Shown here piece after piece: positions 11,398 through 20,863 of a stretch of DNA of 64,000 nucleotides (within the stretch, counting starts at the first letter, position 1; the number at the start of each line of letters is the position of its first letter). The notes under the pieces are model-generated. The model had not been told where the DNA came from. It ran no database searches and saw only the letters and a program-made list of their open reading frames with translations. The DNA is from Pseudomonadota bacterium (lineage in GTDB: Bacteria; Pseudomonadota; Gammaproteobacteria; Burkholderiales; Burkholderiaceae_C): the NCBI GenBank assembly GCA_018241405.1, contig JAFEDY010000032.1:5725-69724 (forward strand), given 5' to 3'. A program made the position numbers and the translations under genes.

Positions 11398-12078
11398 TCA
11401 GCGCCCCTGGCCCTGCACCCAGTCCGCCAGCTCGTCGGCCACCTGGGCGGCGGCCTCGGCCAGGGCCTTGGCGCCTCCGGCGGCGTCGGGCGTGGCGGCG
11501 CTGCGCTGGGCGATGAACACCTGCTGGGCCAGCGGCGTCTCGCCGGCATTGCTGGCGTCGGCCAGCAGGGCACGCACGCGCACCAGGCCGGCGCTGGCGT
11601 CGGGGGCGCTGAAGACCTGGCTGAATTCCTCGAGCTGCACGCGCAGCACGCTGGGCAGGCGCCCCTGGCCCCGTTGCGGCGCCATGCCTTCGATGCCCGC
11701 GAGCACGACGCGGCGCTGGCCCAGGCGCTCGCGCAGGGCCTGGGCCAGCAGGTCGGCGGGCGGCTGGCTCCAGCGCGCCAGGGTGTAGGGGCGCAGCTGC
11801 TGGGCGTTGGCATAGGCCAGGCGGTACAGCAGGGCGGAGCTGCCATCGGGCAGGCCCACGCTGTCCACCGCGGCCAGCGCAATGGGCGGCAGCGCCGCAG
11901 CCGGCGCGGCGCCCGCGGCGCGCACGGGGCCGGGGCCGAAGTCATACAACTCGGCACGCGCCGGCGGCGCGGGCAAGGCGGAGCAGCCGGTCAGGGCCAG
12001 CACTGCAATGACCAGGTAAAAAGCGCCTTTAGCGCCTGTCAATCCTGCGTCAGCAGCTATGTTTTTGGTAGTTTTCAT
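11398..12078 (-). CDS. ABC-type transport auxiliary lipoprotein (PqiC/DUF330-like), last gene of the Mla/MCE operon
   Basis: 226 aa with lipobox LALTGC; lies downstream of the mlaD-like gene. Its N-terminal 20 aa are encoded by repeat copy D. Confidence 0.7.
   Translation of the reverse strand: MKTTKNIAADAGLTGAKGAFYLVIAVLALTGCSALPAPPARAELYDFGPGPVRAAGAAPAAALPPIALAAVDSVGLPDGSSALLYRLAYANAQQLRPYTLARWSQPPADLLAQALRERLGQRRVVLAGIEGMAPQRGQGRLPSVLRVQLEEFSQVFSAPDASAGLVRVRALLADASNAGETPLAQQVFIAQRSAATPDAAGGAKALAEAAAQVADELADWVQGQGR
12011..12078 (-). repeat. repeat copy D, encoding the N-terminus of the Mla-operon lipoprotein
   Basis: The reverse complement reads atgaaaactaccaaaaacATAGCTGCTGACGCAGGATtgaCAGGCGCTAAAGGCGCtttttacctgg. 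Confidence 0.6.
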
Positions 12079-12099
12079 GGGGCCTTTTCCTGCATCTGG

Positions 12100-13077
12100 T
12101 CAGGGCTGCGCAGAGGGTGCGGCAAAGCCGGGCTCGCCCGGCCCGGCGGGTGCGCGGCCCGGACCGTAGATGAGCGACTGCGGGTTGTCGTTGATGCCGA
12201 CCGCGGTGCGGCTCAGGCGGCGCGCGGCGCGCGCGGCCTCGTCGGCGGCATGGCCGACGCTGGGCAGCGTGGCGCGGTTGAGCCGGTCGGCGGCGGCCGA
12301 CAGCGCCTGGGCGCCACCCGTGATCTCGGCGATGGCGCCCCCCTCGACGTTCAGCGCACGCACGGCCTGGCGCACCTCGTCGGCCGCGCCGGCGGCGTTG
12401 CTGCCCGCCTGGCGCAGCGCCTGCAGCGTCTGCTTCGCGTCCTGCGTGAGGGCGGGCACGCCGGCCAGCGCCGGGTCCAGGCGCGTGCTCACGGTGCTGT
12501 CCAGCCGCCTTGCCAGACGGTCTATGCTGGCCGCGGCCGCGCCCAGCTGCTGCAGCGCGGCGGCAAAGCGCTGCTGGTTCTCGTCGCCCAGCAAGGCGTT
12601 GACGCGCTCGGTCACCTCCTGCGCCTGCGCCAGGATGGCCGGGCCCTGCTCGGCCAGCTGGCTGAACGGCGAGCTTTGCAGCGGCAGGCGCGGCAGGCCG
12701 CTGACGCCCGGCGGCGGCGGCAGCAGCGGCGCGTCGGCGTCGTCGAGCTGGATATGCGCCAGGCCCGTGACGCCCTGGTAGCCCAGCGTGGCAAACGTGG
12801 TGGCGCCAATGGGCGCCGTGGTATTGACGGCAACGCGGATCAGCACATTGCCCGCGGCCTGCGGATCAAAGCCGATGGCCGTGACCTTGCCCACGGCCAC
12901 GCCCTTGTAGCGCACGGCCGCCTGGGGCTGCAGGCCGCTGACGCTCTCCTTGCTGGACAGCTCGTAGAGGCGGTAGTCGGTGCGGTCGCGCGTGAGCCAC
13001 AACCCCAAGCCCGCGAGCAGCGCCGCCACCAGGATCACGAAAATGCCCGCGGCCAGGGCGTGGGACTTGTTTTCCAT
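12100..13077 (-). CDS. MlaD/MCE-domain protein
   Basis: 325 aa with an N-terminal TM helix and an MCE domain (VSGLQPQAAVRYKGVAVGKVTAIGFD). Confidence 0.85.
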   Translation of the reverse strand: MENKSHALAAGIFVILVAALLAGLGLWLTRDRTDYRLYELSSKESVSGLQPQAAVRYKGVAVGKVTAIGFDPQAAGNVLIRVAVNTTAPIGATTFATLGYQGVTGLAHIQLDDADAPLLPPPPGVSGLPRLPLQSSPFSQLAEQGPAILAQAQEVTERVNALLGDENQQRFAAALQQLGAAAASIDRLARRLDSTVSTRLDPALAGVPALTQDAKQTLQALRQAGSNAAGAADEVRQAVRALNVEGGAIAEITGGAQALSAAADRLNRATLPSVGHAADEAARAARRLSRTAVGINDNPQSLIYGPGRAPAGPGEPGFAAPSAQP

Positions 13078-13880
13078 CAGGCCTCCTGGGTCGGGGCGGC
13101 GGCAGCGGGCGGCTGCGCCATGGCGCGGCGGCCGCGCTCCCCGAGGAAAAAGTGGTGAATGAAGGGGTGCTCGAACTGTGCCACCTGGCGCGGCGGCCCG
13201 CTGGTGATGACGCGCCGGTCGGCCAGCACGGCCACGCGCGTGGACAGGTCGTAGAGCGTGTCCAGGTCGTGCGTGACCATGATGACGGTGAGGCCCAGGG
13301 CGGCGTGCAGCTCGCGCAGCAACGCGCAGAACTCGTCGGAGCTGTTCGGGTCCAGCCCCGCCGTGGGCTCGTCGAGCAGCAGGAGCGGCGGGTCCATGAT
13401 GAGCGCGCGTGCCAGGGCCACGCGCTTGATCATGCCGCCCGAGAGGTCGGCGGGCATGCGCGTGGCGTGCTCGGGCTTCAACCCCACCAGGCGCAGCTTG
13501 ACCATGGCCGCATCGCGCACCAGCACGGGCGGCAGCGTGCCCAGCTCGCGCAGCGCAAAGGCGATGTTGTCGAGCACGCTGAAGGCCGAGAACAGCGCCC
13601 CCTGCTGGAACAGCATGCCCACGCGGCTGCTGGCACCGTCACCGCCGAGCTCGGTCGCCGGCCGTCCCAGCACCGTGACGCTGCCGCGCGTGGGCCGCGT
13701 CAGCCCGAGGATATGGCGCAAGAGCACCGTCTTGCCCGTGCCCGAGCCGCCGACGAGCGACAGGATCTCGCCGCGCTGCACGGCAAGCTGCAGATCGTCA
13801 TGCACGGTGAAGGCGGCATCGCCCTTGCCGAACACGGTGGCCAGGCCGCGGATGTCGACGACTGTCTGCGCGTCGCCCAT
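13077..13880 (-). CDS. ABC transporter ATP-binding protein (MlaF-like)
   Basis: Start MGDAQTVVDIRG; Walker A GGSGTGKT, signature LSGGM, Walker B LLLLDEP. Confidence 0.9.
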   Translation of the reverse strand: MGDAQTVVDIRGLATVFGKGDAAFTVHDDLQLAVQRGEILSLVGGSGTGKTVLLRHILGLTRPTRGSVTVLGRPATELGGDGASSRVGMLFQQGALFSAFSVLDNIAFALRELGTLPPVLVRDAAMVKLRLVGLKPEHATRMPADLSGGMIKRVALARALIMDPPLLLLDEPTAGLDPNSSDEFCALLRELHAALGLTVIMVTHDLDTLYDLSTRVAVLADRRVITSGPPRQVAQFEHPFIHHFFLGERGRRAMAQPPAAAAPTQEA

Positions 13881-13881
13881 G

Positions 13882-15000
13882 TCAGAACCCCAGGTTCTTG
13901 AACGCCACCGCAAACAGCGCGTCCACGATGATGACCATGGTGATGGCGCTGACCACCGAGGCCGTCGTGCCCTCGCCCAGGCTCTGGGTGTTGGGCTTGA
14001 CGCGCAGCCCCCAGTGGCAGCCTATGAGCGCGATGAACACGCCGAACACCACCGACTTGGCCATGGCCAGCCACAGGTTGGAGACCTTGACCGCGGCCGG
14101 CAGCGCCTGCGCGAAGTAGGCCGGCGAGATGCCCATCGCCACGTCGGCCGCGAGCATGCCGCCGCCCAGCGCGGCCAGCGTGGTCCACAGCGCGATGAGC
14201 GGCATGGCCAGGCCCAGCGCCAGCGCGCGCGGCAGCACCAGGCGAAAGCCGTGCGCGATGCCCATGACGCGCATGGCGTCGAGCTCCTCGGTCACGCGCA
14301 TCACGCCGATCTGCGCCGTGATGGCCGAGCCCGAGCGCCCCGCCACCAGGATGGCGCCCAGCATGGGACCGAGCTCGCGGATCAGCGAGATGCCCAGGAT
14401 GTTGACGATGAAGGCCTCGGCGCCGAACTGGCGCAGCTGCAGGCTCATGAGGTAGGCCAGCACCACGCCGATCAAGAAACCCACCAGCGCCGTGATGGGC
14501 AGGGCCATGGCGCCCATGCGGTACAGATGGCCCGAGATGTCGCGCCAGGGCGCGCGCCGCGGGTTGCGCGCCAGGCGCAGCAGGTCCAGCAGCAGCTGGC
14601 CCAACAGCTCCACCATGTCCACCAGATGGTCGAGCGCGTGCAGCACCAGCACGCCCAGGCGGTCCACCTGGTCGGCCAGGCGCCTGGACGGCGCGGGGTC
14701 GCAGGGCGTGGAAAAGCGCGCCACGCGCTCCAGCATCTCGCGCTGCGCCGCGCTCAGTTCGATCTGCGCCGGCCAGGCGCGGCCCCAGTGGTTCCACAGC
14801 AGCTGCGCACCCACATGGTCCAGGCGTGCCAGGCCCGTGAGGCTCCAGGCGTGGCCCGGCCCGCAGGCCTTGAGCTCGCCGGCCACGCGCCGCCAGGCGC
14901 GCCGGTCGGCAAAGGCCGCGGCCACCCAGTCGCCCTGCGGCAGCGCACGCGGCGCGGCGCTGCCGTCTTGCACGACCGTGGGCGGGATAGGAGCGGACAT
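13882..15000 (-). CDS. MlaE-family ABC permease with an N-terminal cytoplasmic extension of about 115 aa
   Basis: Start [13 protein letters not shown] (ATG at 14998-15000) inside ORF 13882..15213. The C-terminal part is typical MlaE ([35 protein letters not shown]). Confidence 0.85.
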   Translation of the reverse strand: MSAPIPPTVVQDGSAAPRALPQGDWVAAAFADRRAWRRVAGELKACGPGHAWSLTGLARLDHVGAQLLWNHWGRAWPAQIELSAAQREMLERVARFSTPCDPAPSRRLADQVDRLGVLVLHALDHLVDMVELLGQLLLDLLRLARNPRRAPWRDISGHLYRMGAMALPITALVGFLIGVVLAYLMSLQLRQFGAEAFIVNILGISLIRELGPMLGAILVAGRSGSAITAQIGVMRVTEELDAMRVMGIAHGFRLVLPRALALGLAMPLIALWTTLAALGGGMLAADVAMGISPAYFAQALPAAVKVSNLWLAMAKSVVFGVFIALIGCHWGLRVKPNTQSLGEGTTASVVSAITMVIIVDALFAVAFKNLGF

Positions 15001-15091
15001 GGTGTTCGGGATCGGGGTCTCGGAAGTCAAACGGCTGCGGCGCATCATTCCACAGATCGGCGCCGTGCAAAAGCGTGGCCGCGGCGCCCGT

Positions 15092-15156
15092 GAAAAAACA
15101 TCACAAAATGCGGCCCGACGCATGGGTAAAGCGTAAGCAGCCATCAAAACCATAGC
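15092..15156 (-). repeat. repeat copy X (with internal deletions), intergenic
   Basis: The plus strand has AAGCGTAAGCAGCCATCAAAAC, compared with copy F AAGCGCTGGCAGCTATCAAAAC (18 of 23). The upstream CGGCC...ACGC segment also aligns. Confidence 0.5.
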
Positions 15157-15267
15157 ATGCCGCGGATTCCCTCTCGACAGCGGGGCGCCGCTTTGCACAA
15201 TGACCCACAGCATCGATGCGCATGCCTACACGGCAGCGCTTTACTTTTCGACAGGCGATCGGCATCC

Positions 15268-16962
15268 ATGAGCGACTCCAGCTTCGACTACATCATCATC
15301 GGCGGCGGCACGGCCGGCGCCCTGCTGGCCAACCGCCTGAGCGCCGACGCCGGCAAACGCGTGCTGCTCGTGGAGGCCGGGCGCAAGGACGACTACCACT
15401 GGATCCACATCCCCGTGGGCTACCTGTACTGCATAGGCAACCCGCGCACCGACTGGCTCTACCACACCGAGCCCGACGCGGGCCTGAACGGCCGCAGCCT
15501 GCGCTACCCGCGCGGCAAGACGCTGGGCGGCTGCTCAAGCATCAACGGCATGATCTACATGCGCGGCCAGGCGCGCGACTATGACCACTGGGCCCAGGTC
15601 ACCGGCGCGGACGCCTGGCGCTGGAGCAATGTGCTACCGGCCTTCAAGCGCCACGAGGACCACTGGCGACTGGACCAGCCCGGCACAGCCGACGCGGCCT
15701 TCGGGCAGCTGCACGGCAACCAGCGCACGGGCAGCACGGGCGAGTGGCGCGTGGACAAGCAGCGCCTGCGCTGGGACATCCTGGACGCCTTCGCCCAGGC
15801 CGCGCAGCAGGCGGGCATACCGGCCACCGACGACTTCAACCGCGGCACCAACGAGGGCGTGGGCTACTTTGAGGTCAACCAGAAGAACGGCTGGCGCTGG
15901 AACACGGCCAAGGCCTTTCTGCGCCCGACTTGCTACGGGCGGCCCAACTTCGAGCTGTGGACATCGGCCCAGGCCACGCGCCTGCTCCTGGAGCGCCAGG
16001 GCGACAGCCGCCCGCGCTGCACCGGCGTCGAGGTGTGGACGGGCGACGAGATGGTCACGGCCCATGCTAGCCATGAGGTCATCCTCTGCGCCGGCGCCGT
16101 GAACTCACCGCAGTTGCTGCAGCTCTCAGGCATCGGCCCGGGCGCACTGCTCAGGCAGCATGGCATCGACGTGGTGCTGGACCTGCCCGGCGTCGGTGCC
16201 AACCTGCAAGACCATTTGCAGATCCGCGCCGTGTACCAGGTGCAGGGCGTAGCCACGCTGAACCAGATGGCGAACAGTCTGGTGGGCAAGGCCAGGATCG
16301 GCCTGGAATACCTGCTCAAGCGCAGCGGCCCCATGAGCATGGCGCCCTCGCAGCTCGGCGCCTTCACGCGCAGCCGGCCCGACCTGCCCTACCCCGACCT
16401 CGAATACCACGTACAGCCCCTGTCGCTGGACGCCTTTGGCGAGCCGCTGCACGCCTTCCCGGCGTTCACGGCCAGCGTCTGCAACCTGAACCCGACGAGC
16501 CGCGGCACGGTGCGCATCACCAGCCCGGACTTTGCCGCCGCGCCCGCGATTGCGCCCAACTACCTGTCCACGCCCGAGGACCGCCAGGTGGCCGCCGACA
16601 GCCTGCGCATCACGCGCCACATAGTCGCCCAGCCCGCGCTGGCGCGCTACCGGCCCGAGGAATACAAACCCGGCCTGCAATACCAGACCGATGATGAGCT
16701 GACGCGCCTGGCGGGCGACATTGCCACCACCATCTTCCACCCCGTGGGCACCACGCGCATGGGCCGCGTGGACGACCCGCAGGCCGTGCTCGACCCGCAG
16801 CTGCGCGTACGCGACGGCCGGGGCGGGGTGGTCGCCGGCCTGCGCGTGGTGGACGCGGGCGCCATGCCCACCATCACCAGTGGCAACACCAACTCGCCCA
16901 CGCTGATGATGGCCGAGATGGCGGCAGAGTGGATACGCAATCCATCGCGCACGGCGATGTGA
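15268..16962 (+). CDS. GMC-family FAD oxidoreductase (choline dehydrogenase-like)
   Basis: Start MSDSSFDYIIIGGGTAGALLANRLS (Rossmann GxGxxG). GMC signatures GGCSSINGMIYMRG and a C-terminal HPVGTTRMG. Confidence 0.9.
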   Translation: MSDSSFDYIIIGGGTAGALLANRLSADAGKRVLLVEAGRKDDYHWIHIPVGYLYCIGNPRTDWLYHTEPDAGLNGRSLRYPRGKTLGGCSSINGMIYMRGQARDYDHWAQVTGADAWRWSNVLPAFKRHEDHWRLDQPGTADAAFGQLHGNQRTGSTGEWRVDKQRLRWDILDAFAQAAQQAGIPATDDFNRGTNEGVGYFEVNQKNGWRWNTAKAFLRPTCYGRPNFELWTSAQATRLLLERQGDSRPRCTGVEVWTGDEMVTAHASHEVILCAGAVNSPQLLQLSGIGPGALLRQHGIDVVLDLPGVGANLQDHLQIRAVYQVQGVATLNQMANSLVGKARIGLEYLLKRSGPMSMAPSQLGAFTRSRPDLPYPDLEYHVQPLSLDAFGEPLHAFPAFTASVCNLNPTSRGTVRITSPDFAAAPAIAPNYLSTPEDRQVAADSLRITRHIVAQPALARYRPEEYKPGLQYQTDDELTRLAGDIATTIFHPVGTTRMGRVDDPQAVLDPQLRVRDGRGGVVAGLRVVDAGAMPTITSGNTNSPTLMMAEMAAEWIRNPSRTAM

Positions 16963-17141
16963 GCCGCATCGGTGCGCGAAGGCCGGCCACGGGAAAGCCC
17001 CAATGTCGCCTGGGTGACGGCTCAAATATAGTTTCGCCACTCGACGCGCGCCTCGGCCCGCCACGCGAGGGGACCGAGGAGACAAACCCCAATCCAACAA
17101 TATCCAAACAATCAGGCATCCGCAACGAGATGCCCTTCACA

Positions 17142-17170
17142 AGGCACCTGCAACCCAGGTGCCTTTTTTA
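17142..17170 (+). terminator. rho-independent terminator
   Basis: AGGCACCT-gcaaccc-AGGTGCCT followed by TTTTTTA. Confidence 0.6.
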
Positions 17171-17218
17171 TGGCCTTGTGGCCCGCCCTTTTCCTCATGA
17201 CGTAGGACAATCCCGCGC

Positions 17219-17977
17219 ATGGAATGGATCATTGTCTCGCTGGCCTCCCTGCTCGCCGGCTTCGTGGATGCGATCGTGGGCGGAGGCGGGCTGATCCTGG
17301 TGCCGGCGCTGTTCGCCACCTTCTCCAGCGCCCCGCCCGCCACCCTGCTGGGCACCAACAAAAGTGCCTCCGTGTGGGGCACGGGCATGGCCACCTGGCA
17401 GTACAGCCGACGCGTGCAGATGCCCTGGCGCGCCATGCTGCCGGCCGCGGGCGCGGGCTTTACCGGCTCCTTCTGCGGCGCCTGGGCCGTGACGGTGCTG
17501 TCCGCCGAGTTCCTGCGCAAGCTGCTGCCGCTGGTCCTGCTGGCCGTGCTGCTCTACACCCTGGCCAAGAAGGAGCTGGGGCGCCACCACGAGCCGCGCT
17601 TTGCCGGCCGCACGGAGACCGCCTTGGCCTGCCTGATCGGCCTGGTGATTGGCTTTTACGACGGTTTCTTCGGCCCCGGCGCCGGCAGCTTCTTCGTGTT
17701 CGCCTTCGTGCGCCTGCTGGGCTACGACTTCTTGAACGCCTCGGTGTCGGCCAAGCTGCTGAACCTGGCGACCAACACAGCGGCCATCCTGTTGTTTGCC
17801 GCCAAGGGCCATGTCTGGTGGCATTTCGCGCTGCCGCTGGCCGTGGCCAACGTGCTGGGCAGCCTGCTGGGCACGCACATGGCGCTGCGCCATGGCACGG
17901 GCTTTGTACGCGCCATCTTCATCCTGGTGGTGAGCGTGCTCATACTCAAGACCGGCTACGACGCGTTCTTGCGTTGA
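17219..17977 (+). CDS. TSUP (TauE/SafE) family anion exporter
   Basis: 252 aa polytopic protein; N-terminal LLAGFVDAIVGGGGLILVPAL motif. Confidence 0.85.
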   Translation: MEWIIVSLASLLAGFVDAIVGGGGLILVPALFATFSSAPPATLLGTNKSASVWGTGMATWQYSRRVQMPWRAMLPAAGAGFTGSFCGAWAVTVLSAEFLRKLLPLVLLAVLLYTLAKKELGRHHEPRFAGRTETALACLIGLVIGFYDGFFGPGAGSFFVFAFVRLLGYDFLNASVSAKLLNLATNTAAILLFAAKGHVWWHFALPLAVANVLGSLLGTHMALRHGTGFVRAIFILVVSVLILKTGYDAFLR

Positions 17978-17991
17978 AGGAGGTGAGTGCC

Positions 17992-18903
17992 ATGTCCCCA
18001 ATCACCCTGATCGGCGCCCCGACCGACATCGGCGCCAGTGTGCTGGGCGCCAGCATGGGGCCGGACGCGCTGCGCATCGCCGGCATAGCCAGCGCCCTGC
18101 GGGCCCTGGAGCCCGATGTGCAGGACCTGGGCAACCTGAGCGGCCCGGGCAATCCGCAGGCCGCGTCCAGCGGGGGCTTCCGCCACCTGGCCGAGGTGAC
18201 GGCCTGGAACCAGGCGGTGTTTGCCGCCACGCTGGCCACGCTGGACGCCGGGCGGCTGCCGCTGCTCATGGGCGGCGACCATTGCCTGGCGATTGGCTCC
18301 ATCAGCGCCGCGGCGCAGCACTGCCATGCGCGCGGCAGGCGCCTGAAGGTGCTGTGGTTCGACGCCCATGCCGATGCCAACACGCCCGCGTCCTCGCCCA
18401 GCGGCAACCTGCACGGCATGCCCGTGGCCTGCCTGCTGGGCCATGGGCCGGTACCGCTCACGCGGCTGGCCGACGCCACGCCGGCACTGCAGGCGCAGCA
18501 GATCACGCTGATTGGCGTGCGCAGCGTGGACGCGACCGAGAAGCGCTTCGTCAACGCCCTGGGTATCGAGGTCTACGACATGCGCAGCATCGACGAGCTG
18601 GGCATGCGCGCCGTGATGCAGGCGGCCTTGGCCGACGTGGACGAGAACACGCACCTGCACCTGAGCTTCGACATGGACGGCCTGGACCCCAGTATCGCGC
18701 CCGGCGTGGGCACGCCCGTGCGCGGCGGCCCCACCTACCGCGAGACCCAGCTGTGCATGGAAATGCTGGCCGACAGCGGCGCCCTGGGCTCGGTGGACAT
18801 CATGGAGCTGAACCCGGCGCTGGACTTGCGCAACCAGACGGCCGAGCTGGCGGTGGACCTGCTGGAGAGCCTGTTTGGCAAGTCCACGCTGATGCGCGCG
18901 TGA
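17992..18903 (+). CDS. rocF: arginase
   Basis: Real start MSPITLIGAPTDIG, with GAAGGAGG 8 nt upstream. Ureohydrolase Mn motifs GGDHCLAIG, DAHADANT and SFDMDGLDP. The upstream part of ORF 17224..18903 is an out-of-frame overlap of the TSUP gene. Confidence 0.9.
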   Translation: MSPITLIGAPTDIGASVLGASMGPDALRIAGIASALRALEPDVQDLGNLSGPGNPQAASSGGFRHLAEVTAWNQAVFAATLATLDAGRLPLLMGGDHCLAIGSISAAAQHCHARGRRLKVLWFDAHADANTPASSPSGNLHGMPVACLLGHGPVPLTRLADATPALQAQQITLIGVRSVDATEKRFVNALGIEVYDMRSIDELGMRAVMQAALADVDENTHLHLSFDMDGLDPSIAPGVGTPVRGGPTYRETQLCMEMLADSGALGSVDIMELNPALDLRNQTAELAVDLLESLFGKSTLMRA

Positions 18904-20847
18904 TCAGGGCTCGGGCGTGACCGCCACCTCGTCGACCTTGCGCGGCACGCCCATGGGCGCCGCGGCCTGGCCCTTGGCGACGGCGGCCAGGTCCTGCTCG
19001 TTGGGGTACTGGCCCTGCAGCCAGTAGTCGAACACGCGGCGCACGATGGGCGCGGCGGCCGCAGCGCCAAAGCCGGCGTTCTCCACGATGACGGCGACAG
19101 CGATCTTCGGGTTCTCCACGGGCGCGAAGGCGGCAAACAGCGAATGGTCGCGCTTGTGCTCATCGAGCAGCCGGGCGTTGTACTTCACGTTCTGCCCCAG
19201 GCTCACGGCCTGGGCCGTGCCGGTCTTGCCGGCCGAGGTATAGGGCGCGCCCAAGAACACGCGCCGGCCCGTGCCGGCCTGGTTCACCGCCATGAGCGCG
19301 TTGTTCACGATGGCCACATTCTTCGGGTTGAAGCCCAGGTTTTCGCCCGGGGGCTGCTGCACCTCGGTCACCTGGCTATTGACCTGGTCCTTCACGGCCT
19401 TGATCAGGTGCGGGCGGTGGCGCATGCCGCCATTGGCCAGCGTGGCCTCGGCCACGGCCAGCTGCAGCATGGTGAAGCTGTTGTAGCCCTGGCCTATGCC
19501 CAGCGACACGGTCTCGCCCGCATACCAACGCTTCATCTCGGGGCGCTTGTAGGTCTTGCGCTTCCATTCGGTGCTGGGCAGCACGCCGCGCACCTCTCCC
19601 CCTAGGTCGATGCCGGTGATCTGGCCAAAGCCCAGCGGCGCCATGAAGTCGTGGATGGTGTCCACCCCCATGTCCACGGCCAGCGAATAGAAATAGGTGT
19701 TGCTCGAATACTGGATGGCGCGGTGCATGTCCACGCCGCCCAGGCCGCCTTCGTGGCTGCGGAAGGTGCGTCCGCCGTAGTTGAAGAAACCCGGGTCGTT
19801 GTAGACCTGGGTGGGCGAGCGCTTTTTCAGCTCCAGCGCCGCCAGCGCCATGAAGGGCTTGTAGGTGGAGCCCGGCGGATAGGTGCCGCGCAGCGCGCGA
19901 TTGAGGAGCGGCTTGTTGATGGACTCGTTGAGCGCCTGCCAGTTCTCCTGGTCTATGCCCTCGACGAACAGGTTGGGGTCGAACGTGGGCTTGGACACCA
20001 GGGCCAGCACCTCGCCGCTCTGCGGGTCAAGCGCCACCAGCGCGCCTCGGCGCTCGCCGAACATGTCCTCGATGAGCTTTTGCAGCTTGATATCGAGCGA
20101 CAGCATCACGGTGTTGCCCGGCGTGGCCGGGTGGCTGTTCAGGCGCCGCACGGCGTAGCCGCCGGCCGAGGTCTCCATGCGCTCGAAGCCCGTCTGGCCG
20201 TGCAGCGTGGACTCGAAGCTCTGTTCCACGCCGAGCTTGCCAATGTAGTCGGTGCCGCGGTAGTTGGCCGCGTCGTCCGAGTCCTCGATGCGCTCCTTCT
20301 CGCGCTGGTTGATGCGCCCGATGTAGCCGATGGCATGGCTTGCCACCTCGCCCATCGGGTAGTTGCGAAACAGCCGCGCCTTGATCTCCACGCCGGGGAA
20401 GCGGTAGCGCTGGGCGGCAAAGCGCGCCACCTCCTGGTCCGTCAGGCGCGTGCGTATCGGCAGGGAGTCGAAGCTGCGTGACTCCTCGCGCAGGCGCTTG
20501 AAGCGGCGCCGGTCGCGCGGCTGTATGTCCACGATCTCGGCCAGGGCGTCTATCGTCGCCTCCAGATCCATGGCGCGCGAGGGCGTGATCTCCAGCGTGT
20601 AGGCCGAGTAGTTGGTGGCCAGCACCACGCCGTTGCGGTCCAGGATCAGGCCGCGGTTGGGCACGATGGGCACGATGGCCGTGCGGTTGTTCTCGGCCTG
20701 GTCGGCCAGGTCCTCATGGCGCACCACCTGCAGCACCACCAGGCGCGCGGCGATGAGCGCAAAGGCCAGCAGCACCACCACGCCGAGCACGAACACGCGC
20801 AGGCGAAAGCGCCAGATCTCGGCCTCGGCATTGCGCAGCTCGGTCAT
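18904..20847 (-). CDS. mrdA: penicillin-binding protein 2 (elongasome transpeptidase)
   Basis: Start MTELRNAEAEIWRFRLRV; motifs STYKP, SSN and KTGTA; follows mreBCD. Confidence 0.92.
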   Translation of the reverse strand: MTELRNAEAEIWRFRLRVFVLGVVVLLAFALIAARLVVLQVVRHEDLADQAENNRTAIVPIVPNRGLILDRNGVVLATNYSAYTLEITPSRAMDLEATIDALAEIVDIQPRDRRRFKRLREESRSFDSLPIRTRLTDQEVARFAAQRYRFPGVEIKARLFRNYPMGEVASHAIGYIGRINQREKERIEDSDDAANYRGTDYIGKLGVEQSFESTLHGQTGFERMETSAGGYAVRRLNSHPATPGNTVMLSLDIKLQKLIEDMFGERRGALVALDPQSGEVLALVSKPTFDPNLFVEGIDQENWQALNESINKPLLNRALRGTYPPGSTYKPFMALAALELKKRSPTQVYNDPGFFNYGGRTFRSHEGGLGGVDMHRAIQYSSNTYFYSLAVDMGVDTIHDFMAPLGFGQITGIDLGGEVRGVLPSTEWKRKTYKRPEMKRWYAGETVSLGIGQGYNSFTMLQLAVAEATLANGGMRHRPHLIKAVKDQVNSQVTEVQQPPGENLGFNPKNVAIVNNALMAVNQAGTGRRVFLGAPYTSAGKTGTAQAVSLGQNVKYNARLLDEHKRDHSLFAAFAPVENPKIAVAVIVENAGFGAAAAAPIVRRVFDYWLQGQYPNEQDLAAVAKGQAAAPMGVPRKVDEVAVTPEP

Positions 20848-20863
20848 CGCTCCAGAATCCTGT

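Noticed and set aside
16963-17141. A tail of about 180 nt between the GMC oxidoreductase stop and its terminator, as a possible small gene or sRNA.
   Set aside because: It has no convincing ORF with an RBS and no promoter-like elements. It holds only a small hairpin (GGCATC/GATGCC at 17115-17134), so there is not enough evidence for a call.
17224-17991. The 559-aa ORF 17224..18903, which suggests a large fusion protein ahead of arginase.
   Set aside because: The first 256 codons are an out-of-frame overlap of the TSUP permease gene and give an Arg/Pro/Gly-rich nonsense translation. Arginase starts at the ATG at 17992, with a strong GAAGGAGG RBS.
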